Shown here piece after piece: positions 1 to 9,648 of a DNA stretch of 64,000 bases. Made by a program: the position numbers and the translations under genes. Positions within the stretch are counted from its first letter, which is position 1, and the number at the start of each line of letters is the position of its first letter. The notes under the pieces were generated by a model. It was not told the DNA's origin. It saw nothing but the letters and a program-made list of their open reading frames with translations, and did no database searches. The DNA is from a virus. Location of the stretch: the IMG/VR virus record IMGVR_UViG_3300034061_001913, positions 10,217-74,216 of that record. One strand, given 5' to 3'.

Positions 1-1
1 T

Positions 2-871
2 AAAGAAAATAAAGTTGCAGCAAGAGCTCTTATTTGGCGAATAGGAGATGATGTTTGGTTTGATCGTATCTATGCTATAAACCATGACACAGAGATTATC
101 TTAAAAAATCATTTAGAAGAGCTAAACATGAACAACTGCTATGACGAAGACTACAAATTGTTTGTTAATTTAAAAAACACTTACTTTGACTATTATCCTT
201 ATATGGATACTTTCCGTTACTTAGTATTGGGTTCAGGCTTATGTAGTGATACGACTGTGACCTATGACAAAGAATTAACTGATGCAGAGGGTAATGTTGA
301 TGGCAGCGAATGCAGCAATTGCGGAAGTCACGAAGATTCAGATGATCTACACGAGATTACTGTGGGTCGTTACACAGGACATATGATGTGTTCTGACTGT
401 TGTACTCTTACAAAGGATGACGAGTGTATTGTATGTAGTGATGCTGTTTATTGTGAGTATGTAAATGGTCATTATCACCGAGAGGACGTAACAAGACTTC
501 ACGACGGAAATTACGTCCATAATTATGATGTAGTTGAAAGTTATGAAGGCAACTATTACATAAAAGATGATATTTCCGACTATGCAGTTAAGTACAAAGA
601 TCAGTGGTATGAGTTTACTGGAGATTACACAGTAGAAGTAAACGGAGAATGGTATCACAGAGACTCTGAAGATATTGAATATATTGAAGGAGAATATGTT
701 GAAGCCGAGTCAGAACGTTACTATGAATTATTAGAACAAGTTAAATTAAGAGAAAATCTCCAAGAAACGAAAGAAGAAGTTAAACTACAAGAAAACAAAA
801 CAAATGACGAACAAAGCAAAGAAATCAATACCATCTCAGCAGAAGAAGACTTTTACCCCTTCCCCCTCTAA
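2..871 (+). CDS. Cys/acidic-rich hypothetical phage protein, 5'-truncated by the window edge
   Basis: Frame is open from nt 2 (KENKVAARALIW...WFDRIY) into the tracked ORF 128..871; contains YPYMDTF and several CxxC pairs. Confidence 0.7.
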   Translation, partial: KENKVAARALIWRIGDDVWFDRIYAINHDTEIILKNHLEELNMNNCYDEDYKLFVNLKNTYFDYYPYMDTFRYLVLGSGLCSDTTVTYDKELTDAEGNVDGSECSNCGSHEDSDDLHEITVGRYTGHMMCSDCCTLTKDDECIVCSDAVYCEYVNGHYHREDVTRLHDGNYVHNYDVVESYEGNYYIKDDISDYAVKYKDQWYEFTGDYTVEVNGEWYHRDSEDIEYIEGEYVEAESERYYELLEQVKLRENLQETKEEVKLQENKTNDEQSKEINTISAEEDFYPFPL

Positions 872-3294
872 AAAAAAAGAAAAGTATTATGATGCTTCTG
901 ATACCTCTAATTCCTATAGAAGCTATTACGAGAACAAGCCTTCTTTTCCTGTATTAGACAATGAAATTAAAATTGATTGGGATTTATTTTATAATTTACT
1001 AGAACAGCAAACCCCTAGCAGAAGTATTCAACAAGAAAGGTTCTTAGAATGGTTGGTACAATATCTTACTAAAGTTCCTGGAGTAGAAGTTACAAGAGAC
1101 AATTTTGGTAACATCTATGCAGTTAAAGGAGAAGCAGAGTTTTATCCTTGTGTCATAGCGCATACTGACATTAACCAAGACTATACTACTCATTTGAAAA
1201 TAGTAAGAAACGAAAAGTGGGTTTATGGTATGGATATGGATACTGGGCTACAATGCGGTGTCGGTTTCGATAAATGTTGTCGCGTAGTACAGTAATGTAC
1301 TAATGAAAATTGGGTAAAATCGGAGAAAGCTAAACGAAACTATTGACTTTTATTTTTTAATTTTGTATTTTTGTCAAATGAGTACAAGGTTAGATGATAT
1401 AAAAATAAAAGAAATGTTTGAAGAGTACGAAAACTGTGCTGAAATAAACATTTCTCAGTTGGCTAAAAAATATGGAATTTGCAGAAGCTCTTTTCATAAA
1501 CTAAGAGAATTATATAATATCTCTGAAAAAGATAGATTAGATACAAAATATCCTAAACTTCTTATACAGGAAATACATAACAAGTACTTAAATGAGGGTA
1601 CTAGTTTAGTAGCATTGTACAAAGAGTATAAAATCAAACCTTTTAGGTTAAAAGAAAGGTTTGAGAAATATGGATTTAAAGTAAAAAACCCTAAACAAGG
1701 GTTAAATCTAAACTTTTTTGATAATATTGATTCTGAAATTAAAGCCTATTTACTAGGATTTATTGTAGGAGATGGTTCTGTTTCAGATGAAGGATTGCAT
1801 ATCAGAGTGGCTTATAATGATATTTATATCATAAAGTTATTTCAAAAGTATATTAATCCAGAAGTTGAAATAAAACATCTCCCCTTAGAAAACCAACAAG
1901 ATCAAGTCATAATAAACTTTTATAGCGTTGAATTAATAAAAAAATTAGAAAATTACGGTATAGTACAGAATAAAACGTATGTACCTATGTGTATTCCTGA
2001 GATGCCAAAAGACTTAGTGAGGCATTTTATAAGAGGATATTACGATGCAGATGGTACTGCAAGTTTTGGGGTTAAAATAAATCCTAAGACTCAAAATACA
2101 AAAGGAACTACTTTTAAAGCTGCTTTTACTTCACATCTTCCCAATTTACTGGAAGATATAGTAAAAAACTTAGCTATAAAGAATATTTCAAGTTCTTTAA
2201 ATTATTATAGGAATAACAAACAAAACTATTACTACTCCTTAGTAATTAGTATGAGGTGTTTAGATTTGTTTGAGAACTACCTGTACCAAGATTCTAATTT
2301 TTATTTATTAAGAAAACGAGAAAAGTTTTTGTTGCGCATGCTAACACCGAGGGAAGCCTTGATATTAAAAAATCAAGTGCCCCGTAACGCATAGGGATTG
2401 AACCTCTAACGAGAATATAACATCCCCACGAGTATCCGACACCCTTAGTCAAGGGTGATAATGTATGCTGAACTTATGGGAAACCATAAGAACTATAGGA
2501 TAAAAAGCCTATAGGATAACATAATGGACAAAAATGGCTGTTTGTTTGCTTTGACTATGCTAAAACACTTAGACGCTATTAAGATAGCTTTCTTTAAAGA
2601 CGAGGAGATTGGAGCTGTAGGTAGCAAAAAAGCAGATCCTACTTTTTTCTATGACTGTTCAATGATTTTTCAAATGGACAGAAATTCCTACAAAGGCTTA
2701 GAGCTAATAACCTATACTAATGGGGTTACTAGTTGCTCTAAGGAATTTGTAGAGGCTGCACAACCCTTAATGACTAAATATTCTGTTACAGAAGGAAACG
2801 GTATCTTTACAGATGTTGGAGAAATTGTAAAATTAGCAGGAGTTGATTGTATCGGTTGCAATATTGGAGCTGGTTATTTTGACGAGCATTCTGAAAGAGA
2901 AATCACTTCTATTCAAGCTCTAGAAAATTCTATTAACTTTGGCTATGAATGTCTACTTACTCTTGGGAGTACTAAATGGTATCACAGAACAGGTAACTCT
3001 CAAAGAAAAGATAAAAGAAGTTACAGAGACGAAATGTACGATGCATACTTTGTAGAACAATCTGCACAACTTCAAATGCCAGATTACGAGTACAGGCACG
3101 TCTTTTCTGAATTAACAGATGAGGATTATTTAAGTGATACAGACATCCTTTATGACTTAAATGATGGTTTTTGTCCTTGTTGCGGTAGTCAGGATTTATG
3201 TCAAGAAGGTTATTCACATGCTAGTATTTCTTGTTTTGACTGTGGATCTCTTTATTTTGTACCTACACACTATTTAAAAGAACAACTTAATTAA
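804..3294 (+). CDS. M28/M42-clan zinc metallopeptidase, spliced (exon 1 804-1271, exon 2 2527-3294)
   Basis: Exon 1 has IAHTD. Joining the exons restores GFD-DKNG (GxDDKxG), followed by DEEIG, FQMDR, TDV and GYFDEH; C-terminal CxxC...CxxC ribbon. Confidence 0.88.
1343..1373 (+). promoter_or_regulatory. Bacteroidota-type promoter inside the intron, upstream of the endonuclease
   Basis: TTG(1343)-N20-TATTTTTG(1366-1373); ATG at 1378. Confidence 0.65.
1378..2394 (+). CDS. Intron-encoded LAGLIDADG homing endonuclease with an N-terminal HTH-like extension
   Basis: Two motifs, YLLGFIVGDGS and HFIRGYYDADG; ATG at 1378 preferred over TTG at 1363. Confidence 0.9.
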   Translation: MSTRLDDIKIKEMFEEYENCAEINISQLAKKYGICRSSFHKLRELYNISEKDRLDTKYPKLLIQEIHNKYLNEGTSLVALYKEYKIKPFRLKERFEKYGFKVKNPKQGLNLNFFDNIDSEIKAYLLGFIVGDGSVSDEGLHIRVAYNDIYIIKLFQKYINPEVEIKHLPLENQQDQVIINFYSVELIKKLENYGIVQNKTYVPMCIPEMPKDLVRHFIRGYYDADGTASFGVKINPKTQNTKGTTFKAAFTSHLPNLLEDIVKNLAIKNISSSLNYYRNNKQNYYYSLVISMRCLDLFENYLYQDSNFYLLRKREKFLLRMLTPREALILKNQVPRNA

Positions 3295-3302
3295 CCTATA
3301 AG

Positions 3303-3329
3303 AGAAGGGGACTAGTTCCCCTTCTTTTT
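3303..3329 (+). terminator. Intrinsic terminator
   Basis: AGAAGGGGA/TCCCCTTCT stem plus T tract after the peptidase. Confidence 0.75.
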
Positions 3330-3349
3330 AATTTAAAAACAAATTTAAA

Positions 3350-3724
3350 ATGACACAACAAGAAATACAAGAACGTAATGAGAAGATAGCAATTATGCTT
3401 GGATGGAAAACTATTTCACAATTAGAGGAAATAAACGAAGAAAATGAACATCTGAAAGATTGTTATTTTTTACCACATACAGAATTAGTTTTTTGGTCTG
3501 TGGAAAATTTAAAATTTCATTCAGATTGGAATTGGCTTATGGAAGCAGTTGAGTTTATTGAAAGTAGGGGTTACGAAATTGATATATTTGCAAATTGTGT
3601 TGAAATTTGTACAACTCCTGATGAAGATTATGTATCTGAAGCTGTAGGTAAAACTAAAAAAGAAGCCGTATTCATAGCCGTATCTGATTTTGCTAAACTC
3701 CATAACGAAATAAAAGCAAACTAA
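3350..3724 (+). CDS. Hypothetical phage protein (DWNWLMEAVEFIE-type)
   Basis: ORF with an A-rich leader. Confidence 0.7.
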   Translation: MTQQEIQERNEKIAIMLGWKTISQLEEINEENEHLKDCYFLPHTELVFWSVENLKFHSDWNWLMEAVEFIESRGYEIDIFANCVEICTTPDEDYVSEAVGKTKKEAVFIAVSDFAKLHNEIKAN

Positions 3725-3726
3725 AT

Positions 3727-3951
3727 ATGAGTAAAATATGGAAAACTCCTATGGACAAACCTTTAAGGTCAGCTCAATTAGTAAAAAGAGTCATCATTGA
3801 CGAACAGTTACCTGCTGGTTGGCCTGTTAAGTGGGGAAAACAATGGGACATTACTATTAATAATAAACTTATTCCTACTGGTTTAACTAGTCTTACTTGG
3901 ACAGGAAATCAATGGAAAGAGTTTATCTTAAAACACTCAAACAAAGTATGA
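3727..3951 (+). CDS. Hypothetical protein
   Basis: ORF in a tightly packed operon. Confidence 0.55.
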   Translation: MSKIWKTPMDKPLRSAQLVKRVIIDEQLPAGWPVKWGKQWDITINNKLIPTGLTSLTWTGNQWKEFILKHSNKV

Positions 3952-4820
3952 AAAAACTATTATTAGCAATTATGTCTATTTATATGAAAAAGAAAAGAAA
4001 TTTATGGGTAATACCAACAGAAAAACCAAGTCGATTATACGAATTTGGCGGTCAATTCCACATTGAAGCAAGTTTACAAGAAAATTTCAGGAGCTATAAT
4101 ATCTATATCACTTCTGATGAAGAAATTAAAGAAGGAGTTGACCAATGGTATTTAGATAAAGTACTAAATAAACCTTATAATTCAGGAGGGGCGCAATATT
4201 CATCTAATCAAGATGTAATCATATTAACAACAGACCCAGACTTAATCAAAAATGGCATACAAGCTATTGATGATACATTTCTTGAATGGTTTATTAAGAA
4301 TCCAAGTTGTGAGGAAGTTGAAGTTGAAACTACTAGAGAAAGGAATGGTTACCATAGTAAACATAAAAAAAGATACAAAATCATCATTCCACAAGAAAAA
4401 CCTAAAACATACTCCTGTTGTGGTAGATGTAATGGTGTAGATGATATATGTATTCTTGATAGAGAAGAAGCTAAACAAAGAGCTGCAAACTATATGCGTT
4501 TAAAAGGTGCATTAGAAGTAAAGGAAGAACCACTTGAAGAAGCTGATAAATGGTCATTAGAAAAGGCTGAAGAATTTGCGTTAGAAAGATTTAAAAGTGA
4601 CCATAAAAAAGGTATAGTTACATGGGATTTAATTTTAGAAGTGTTAAAAGTAGGGGTTAAAACAGGACATAAATTTGGTTCTAAATGGCAACAAGAGCAA
4701 GACAAGATAATGTATAGTGAGTTATCTATTTATTTACAAGAATTAGCAGATAAAGATAGATTAAAATCACTAACTTCTAATCAAATAAGAACAGCTATTG
4801 AACAATTTAAAAAAAAATAA
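3948..4820 (+). CDS. Hypothetical phage protein (IPTEKPSRL...IILTTD...FLEWF type); start uncertain
   Basis: Long ORF; ATG at 3948 overlaps the upstream stop (ATGA). Confidence 0.65.
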   Translation: MKKLLLAIMSIYMKKKRNLWVIPTEKPSRLYEFGGQFHIEASLQENFRSYNIYITSDEEIKEGVDQWYLDKVLNKPYNSGGAQYSSNQDVIILTTDPDLIKNGIQAIDDTFLEWFIKNPSCEEVEVETTRERNGYHSKHKKRYKIIIPQEKPKTYSCCGRCNGVDDICILDREEAKQRAANYMRLKGALEVKEEPLEEADKWSLEKAEEFALERFKSDHKKGIVTWDLILEVLKVGVKTGHKFGSKWQQEQDKIMYSELSIYLQELADKDRLKSLTSNQIRTAIEQFKKK

Positions 4821-4821
4821 T

Positions 4822-4998
4822 ATGACAGTAAAAGAATTTTCAGATAAAACAAGTGAGTTAATTAAAATGCATCCAAATCAATCAGATTTATTATGTATTG
4901 CTACAACAGATGCTTTTGATGAAGAAGATGAATCACCAATGTTAGACCAACTAATGGATTGGTGTTTAGAAATATGTGCAAATAATGTTACAATTTAA
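4822..4998 (+). CDS. Small hypothetical protein
   Basis: ATG just after the upstream stop (the track starts it at 4798). Confidence 0.5.
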   Translation: MTVKEFSDKTSELIKMHPNQSDLLCIATTDAFDEEDESPMLDQLMDWCLEICANNVTI

Positions 4999-5009
4999 AA
5001 AGAAGTAAT

Positions 5010-5315
5010 ATGGAAACACCTGAAAGCTGGGTAATATTAAAACTACCAAACAACTGCTATAAAGTTTTTGGAACTTGGGCTGGTGGTTATCTAGACGGGG
5101 ATAGATGGAAGTTAAACTCTGGAATAGAAAAAGTTGAACAAGAAGATGATTACTATTATTTTATAGGATTTAGTGGGAGTTGTTATAAGTGTCACAAGAA
5201 AGGATATGGAACAGCAACATCCTATGGATTAGGCATTCTGAATAAAATAATAGAGGAAGGAAATGGTCAGATTGAACTAATGGAAGATAGTGGTGATTGG
5301 TCAAATGTAATATAA
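5010..5315 (+). CDS. Hypothetical phage protein (YKVFGTWAGGYLDGDRWKLNSG)
   Basis: ORF; motif resembles a widespread phage family. Confidence 0.65.
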   Translation: METPESWVILKLPNNCYKVFGTWAGGYLDGDRWKLNSGIEKVEQEDDYYYFIGFSGSCYKCHKKGYGTATSYGLGILNKIIEEGNGQIELMEDSGDWSNVI

Positions 5316-5372
5316 CGGTTGCAGGTATATTTAGTCCCGAATTTAAAAACGAAAAACAATGAATAACTAAAA

Positions 5373-5672
5373 ATGATAAAAGCAACATTAGATTATTGGA
5401 ACCCACGAAACGAAACGGTTGTAACTGAATCGGGATTCTGTTATCTTGATACCACATCGGTTATCACCAGAACGAAAGATATATCGGATAATACCGAGAT
5501 AGGTTTGTTTGAGCAATTCTACAAACTTAATAATAGTTTGCGGTATTGCAATGGCTCATACTATACGTTCCAAGATAAACAATGGGAAAACAAGTATAAA
5601 GAGTGGTTAAAGTCAGATGACTACAAGAAGAAATCGTTTGAACTTTATTACGGAAACGGAGTAGTTGATTAA
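5373..5672 (+). CDS. Hypothetical protein
   Basis: ORF with an A-rich leader. Confidence 0.6.
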   Translation: MIKATLDYWNPRNETVVTESGFCYLDTTSVITRTKDISDNTEIGLFEQFYKLNNSLRYCNGSYYTFQDKQWENKYKEWLKSDDYKKKSFELYYGNGVVD

Positions 5673-5683
5673 TTAAATTAAAA

Positions 5684-6733
5684 ATGAGTAATGACGTAAG
5701 AAAACAGTACCAACAAGAAGCTTTTGAAGCTTTAAAAGCAAGAAGCGGAGTTGCTGTTATGCCCGTTAGAACCGGTAAAACTGTTGTAGGTTTACACCTA
5801 GCTAATTACTATAATGATGTTCTTGTGGCCTATCCTAGTAAATCTATTCTAGAGTCTTGGAAGAGTGACGCTGAGAAATTTAATATCAACATAGACCATG
5901 TTACCTTTACTACTTTTAGTAGTTTAGTTAAACATGATTTGTCAAAGTTTGATGCAGTCATTTTGGATGAAATCGACCAAATTTCAGAAGCAAAGTGGCA
6001 ATTTATTTGTCAAAATCGTCCCAAAATTCTAAACGGCTTAACAGCTACTCTTCCTAGAAAAGGAACCCGTAAAAGATTCTACATAGAAAGTTATGCCCCT
6101 ATTAGATATGAAATCAGAATAGATCAGACTGTAGGAGTTTTAAACAAACCCTATCATATCTATGTACATCTAGTAAATCCTTCTGAAGCAAGAGATATAC
6201 CTAAACAGTCTGGCGGTTTCTGGAGTGAGAAAGCAAAGATTAACTTCTTTGAGAATCATTCCGGAGACAGCTTTGCTATGATGCTTAGACTTATACAGAC
6301 TATTTCAGGCAGTCCTACTAAATGGAACAAGCTAAGAGAGCTGTTGAGTGACTTTAAAAGATGTTTAGTCTTTGTAGAGACTATCCAACAATGCGGAGAG
6401 ATATGTCGTTACAGTTATCATTCTAAGAACTCTGAAGAAGTAAATAAAGAGAACTTAAGAATGTTTAATACAGGTGAGATTAACTTTCTGGCTACTGTTA
6501 ACCAGTTAAATGCTGGTATTACTTTTCCTAATCTAAACAAAGCAGTTATTCTACATGCTTATGCTTCTAGTTCAAAAGCAGCACAAAGAATAGGAAGAGC
6601 CTTAAACTACCTAGAAGGAGAAAAAGCTGAACTTCATATAATCTGCATGAACAACACTAGAGACATAGTTTGGACCCGTAAAGGTCTAGAATACTATGGA
6701 GCAGAAAACATCACTTGGATTGAACCAAAATAA
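5684..6733 (+). CDS. Superfamily 2 helicase
   Basis: RTGKT Walker A, ILDEID, LTAT, LNAGITFP and QRIGRA motifs. Confidence 0.88.
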   Translation: MSNDVRKQYQQEAFEALKARSGVAVMPVRTGKTVVGLHLANYYNDVLVAYPSKSILESWKSDAEKFNINIDHVTFTTFSSLVKHDLSKFDAVILDEIDQISEAKWQFICQNRPKILNGLTATLPRKGTRKRFYIESYAPIRYEIRIDQTVGVLNKPYHIYVHLVNPSEARDIPKQSGGFWSEKAKINFFENHSGDSFAMMLRLIQTISGSPTKWNKLRELLSDFKRCLVFVETIQQCGEICRYSYHSKNSEEVNKENLRMFNTGEINFLATVNQLNAGITFPNLNKAVILHAYASSSKAAQRIGRALNYLEGEKAELHIICMNNTRDIVWTRKGLEYYGAENITWIEPK

Positions 6734-6821
6734 TACTTAACTTATGAATAACGAAGAGTTATACTATTACTTAAAGGAGCAAGAAAAAACTGAAAAAGCA
6801 AAAAAAACTCCTCAAGAACAC

Positions 6822-6852
6822 TTGACAAGGTTATGTTATATACGTAACTTTG
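6822..6852 (+). promoter_or_regulatory. Bacteroidota-type promoter
   Basis: TTG(ACA)-N20-TAACTTTG, about 30 nt before ATG 6883. Confidence 0.65.
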
Positions 6853-6882
6853 ATACCCCTAAAATTAAAAACATAAAACAAA

Positions 6883-7386
6883 ATGAAGTTGACATTTTAC
6901 GAAGTCCTCTGGAAAATGCTGGAGAAGGAACGTAAGCTAGAAGAGTGGGTAGCCCTAGGATTATTAGTAGAAAAGCAGAATGAATGGTATTGGACTATAG
7001 AGGCTCTAGACTCTTTAGGAGTTGAAAGTGCTTTGAGTCTTACCACTAATTTAGATTGGGTTAAACTATACGCTGAGAAGTTTTCTAAAAAGAACATAGG
7101 TATTATAGGCAAAACAAGTACTCCTAAGCAAATTGCTGAAAAGCTAGACAGGTTTATAAAAGAATATCCTGAATTTGACAAAGAGACTATTCTTAATGCC
7201 ACAGATATGTATGTATCTTTTTGGAAGAAACAAGGCAAATCACAATTCATAAGAGAGGCTCACTACTTTATCTTTAAAAAAACAGAAAGAGGTAGCGAAA
7301 CTTCTGATTTGGCTACTTGGTGTCAAAACTATTTATCAGAAGGAAACACTCCTAAGAAAGAAGATCGTTTTGGGGGAGACCTATAA
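6883..7386 (+). CDS. Hypothetical replication-module protein upstream of the helicase
   Basis: ORF position; function not recognised. Confidence 0.65.
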   Translation: MKLTFYEVLWKMLEKERKLEEWVALGLLVEKQNEWYWTIEALDSLGVESALSLTTNLDWVKLYAEKFSKKNIGIIGKTSTPKQIAEKLDRFIKEYPEFDKETILNATDMYVSFWKKQGKSQFIREAHYFIFKKTERGSETSDLATWCQNYLSEGNTPKKEDRFGGDL

Positions 7387-7388
7387 TT

Positions 7389-8525
7389 ATGCCGGGGAAG
7401 TTTGAAGAGATATACAAAAAGATTGAAGAGCACAGACAGAATAGATTAGAAAACAAATACAACTCTATTCCATGGGCACTAGATCGCCTAACAGATGAAT
7501 ACAATTACCCAGGTTGGGTTAAAGGTAAAATGTATCTCATTACAGCTTCTTCGGGTATAGGTAAGTCTAAGCTTTCTAAATGGCTTACTATCATTTCTAC
7601 TTATATGAAATGGAAAGACAATCCTTTTAATACAAGAATCTTTTGGTTTGCCTTAGAGGAATCAAAAGAAAAACTGTACCTAGAAGCGGTTTCTGTGTGT
7701 ATTTATTACACTCATAATGTAGTTGTTACTCCAGAAATGATGTTGAGTTACGGTAAGTATGTGGTTTCCTCTAAAATCTTAGAATGGATACAAGAGGCCA
7801 AAGAATCTAAGTTTCTTAAGTTCTTTGAGAATCATGTAGAAGTTATAGACCACATTTCTAATCCTACCGGTATAAAAAAACATATCGAAAGATATTTTGA
7901 TGACCCCTCTAAAGGTCAAATGGTGTACGAAGAAAGAGAAGAAAAGAAGTATCCCTTATACTATAACCATAAGATAGATGCTTATTACTTTGTAGTAGTG
8001 GATCATATCTCTCTTTTACACACGGAGACAGTAAGAGGGGTTAACTTTGACTTAAGAGAAACTCTTAGCTTTTTTGTAGACCAGTATGGTTTAGAGGTAT
8101 TCTGTAAGAGGTACAATTTGATATTTGTACCTATCCAACAACAAGCCTCTAGCGGTGAATCTCAAATGTTCACTAATAGAGGAGAATTAGTAGAGGCTAA
8201 ATTAGAGCCGTCCTTAGCAGATTTAGCAGACTGTAAAACAACTCAACGGTCTGCAGATGTAGTTTTGGGTATCTTCGCACCTTTTAGATACGACATAGAG
8301 GTACATCAGGGTTATGATATAAACTACATGCAAGACAATTATAGAAGTGTTAGATTTTTAAAAGACCGTCTAGCTGGTTTATCAGGTAGATTAGGTATGT
8401 ATTTTGCTAGAGGAGTCCCTCACTTTGAAGAGTTACCTAAAGCTCAGAATATGGGTGGACCTAAATATAACTATGAATATTACGTAAAAAAGAGTAAAAA
8501 CGAACAGTTTAACTTGGAAAGTTAA
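7389..8525 (+). CDS. dnaB: DnaB-like replicative helicase
   Basis: ASSGIGKS Walker A, FALEE, VVVDHISLL Walker B, QRSADVVLG and FLKDR. Confidence 0.85.
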   Translation: MPGKFEEIYKKIEEHRQNRLENKYNSIPWALDRLTDEYNYPGWVKGKMYLITASSGIGKSKLSKWLTIISTYMKWKDNPFNTRIFWFALEESKEKLYLEAVSVCIYYTHNVVVTPEMMLSYGKYVVSSKILEWIQEAKESKFLKFFENHVEVIDHISNPTGIKKHIERYFDDPSKGQMVYEEREEKKYPLYYNHKIDAYYFVVVDHISLLHTETVRGVNFDLRETLSFFVDQYGLEVFCKRYNLIFVPIQQQASSGESQMFTNRGELVEAKLEPSLADLADCKTTQRSADVVLGIFAPFRYDIEVHQGYDINYMQDNYRSVRFLKDRLAGLSGRLGMYFARGVPHFEELPKAQNMGGPKYNYEYYVKKSKNEQFNLES

Positions 8526-8544
8526 TATTAGTGATTTAAATTTG
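8514..8544 (+). promoter_or_regulatory. Bacteroidota-type promoter
   Basis: TTG-N20-TAAATTTG; ATG at 8549. Confidence 0.55.
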
Positions 8545-8548
8545 AATA

Positions 8549-8857
8549 ATGCAGAAAAAACAGATAAGTATACATCTTAGAATTATATTACAAAAAATGT
8601 TTGAGAATACCAGCATTGAGTATTCTGACGAGTATGTACAGTCTGACAATTGGTATTTAGACTATCAATGGACAGAAGAACAAGAACAAGAATTTATAAA
8701 CTGGTTAGCTAATTACCTATCAGAAAATGCAGATGCTAGAAAAGAACTTTTATACTCAAAAGTTAAAAGTAAAAAAATGTGTGGTCTTGCTGCTAAACAA
8801 TTTGTAACTTTTTTTGGATGGACAATGGACTTAAAAAAAGAAAAACAAGAACTATGA
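8549..8857 (+). CDS. Hypothetical protein
   Basis: ORF coupled to the next gene by ATGA. Confidence 0.65.
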   Translation: MQKKQISIHLRIILQKMFENTSIEYSDEYVQSDNWYLDYQWTEEQEQEFINWLANYLSENADARKELLYSKVKSKKMCGLAAKQFVTFFGWTMDLKKEKQEL

Positions 8858-9072
8858 AACAAACAGCAGTAGAGTGGTTGATTCAAAAATTAACGAATAG
8901 GCAAAATGGAGTGTTTGATGGGTTGTTACATTTGTCAGTTGATGAAATTTATAACCAAGCCAAACAAATGGAAAAGGAGCAACATGAAAATACTTGGTAT
9001 GCAGGAGATGAAGATGGGGCAATACATGAATTTGAGTATTATTGGGAAGAAACATACGGAGGTAACAAATGA
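8854..9072 (+). CDS. Small KQTAVEWL-family protein, copy 1
   Basis: MKQTAVEWL...QAKQMEKEQ...YWEETYGGNK. Confidence 0.75.
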   Translation: MKQTAVEWLIQKLTNRQNGVFDGLLHLSVDEIYNQAKQMEKEQHENTWYAGDEDGAIHEFEYYWEETYGGNK

Positions 9073-9221
9073 TAATAGCAGTTTTACTTATATTTTTTTT
9101 GATGTGTGTTATTACTGAAAAATCAGATTTTCAACGGATGAAAGATGCAGATGAGTTGCCTCCGTTTACAAAAGAAGAAGCATTTAATTACTACGAAGAA
9201 AATTACGGAGGTAACAAATGA
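9069..9221 (+). CDS. 50-aa ORF missing from the track, with a hydrophobic N-terminus
   Basis: MIIAVLLIFFLMCVITEK...YYEENYGGNK; ATGA overlaps at both ends. Confidence 0.65.
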   Translation: MIIAVLLIFFLMCVITEKSDFQRMKDADELPPFTKEEAFNYYEENYGGNK

Positions 9222-9424
9222 AATGTAAATGTTGCAACAGAGAACAAGATTTAAGATTTGGATTTTGTTTTGATTGTGCTAATGCAGAATCTATTATTAC
9301 TGAAGGGGTTGATATGTGGGATGAAGAAGTTACTAAAGAAGAAGGTATGTCAATTATACTTTCAAAACTAAAAAAAATACTTACAATTTACGGAGTAGTA
9401 AAAATACAAGGAGATGAACAATGA
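9218..9424 (+). CDS. Small Cys-rich (zinc-finger-like) protein
   Basis: CKCC...CFDC; ATGA-coupled. Confidence 0.65.
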   Translation: MKCKCCNREQDLRFGFCFDCANAESIITEGVDMWDEEVTKEEGMSIILSKLKKILTIYGVVKIQGDEQ

Positions 9425-9648
9425 CAAACAATAAACAACAAACAGCAGTAGAGTGGCTTATTAAAATATATCTACAAACAAACAAGATAGATAATTTTGA
9501 TATTGAACAAGCCAAAGAAATGGAAAAGCAAAGAATTGAAACTGCATACAACAAAGGAACAGTTCATGGGATTGATTATCCTGAAAGTACGCTACCACTA
9601 ACTGGCGAACAATACTACGAACAAACCTACGGAGGAGGTGAGCAATGA
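9421..9648 (+). CDS. Small KQTAVEWL-family protein, copy 2
   Basis: MTNNKQQTAVEWL...QAKEMEKQ...YYEQTYGG. Confidence 0.75.
   Translation: MTNNKQQTAVEWLIKIYLQTNKIDNFDIEQAKEMEKQRIETAYNKGTVHGIDYPESTLPLTGEQYYEQTYGGGEQ

Larger units (their letters stand above)
1272..2526 (+). mobile_element. Group I self-splicing intron
   Basis: Exon 1 ends in U and the intron ends in G. P1 CGAU/GUUG with a U.G pair at the splice site; TTGTC complementary to the exon 2 start GACAA (P10); TAGTACA-GTAA-TGTACTA hairpin; GCATA/TATGC P7-like pairing; 3' hairpins CACCCTT/AAGGGTG, TTATGG-GAAA-CCATAA and CTATAGG/CCTATAG. Confidence 0.9.

Noticed and set aside
6744-6935. 63-aa ORF before the replication genes
   Set aside because: It spans a promoter and overlaps the next gene by 53 nt; coding status is uncertain.
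9055-9640. GGAGG as a Shine-Dalgarno explanation of the repeats
   Set aside because: Most other genes here lack SD motifs, the GGAGG encodes the conserved Gly-Gly, and identity extends well beyond it.
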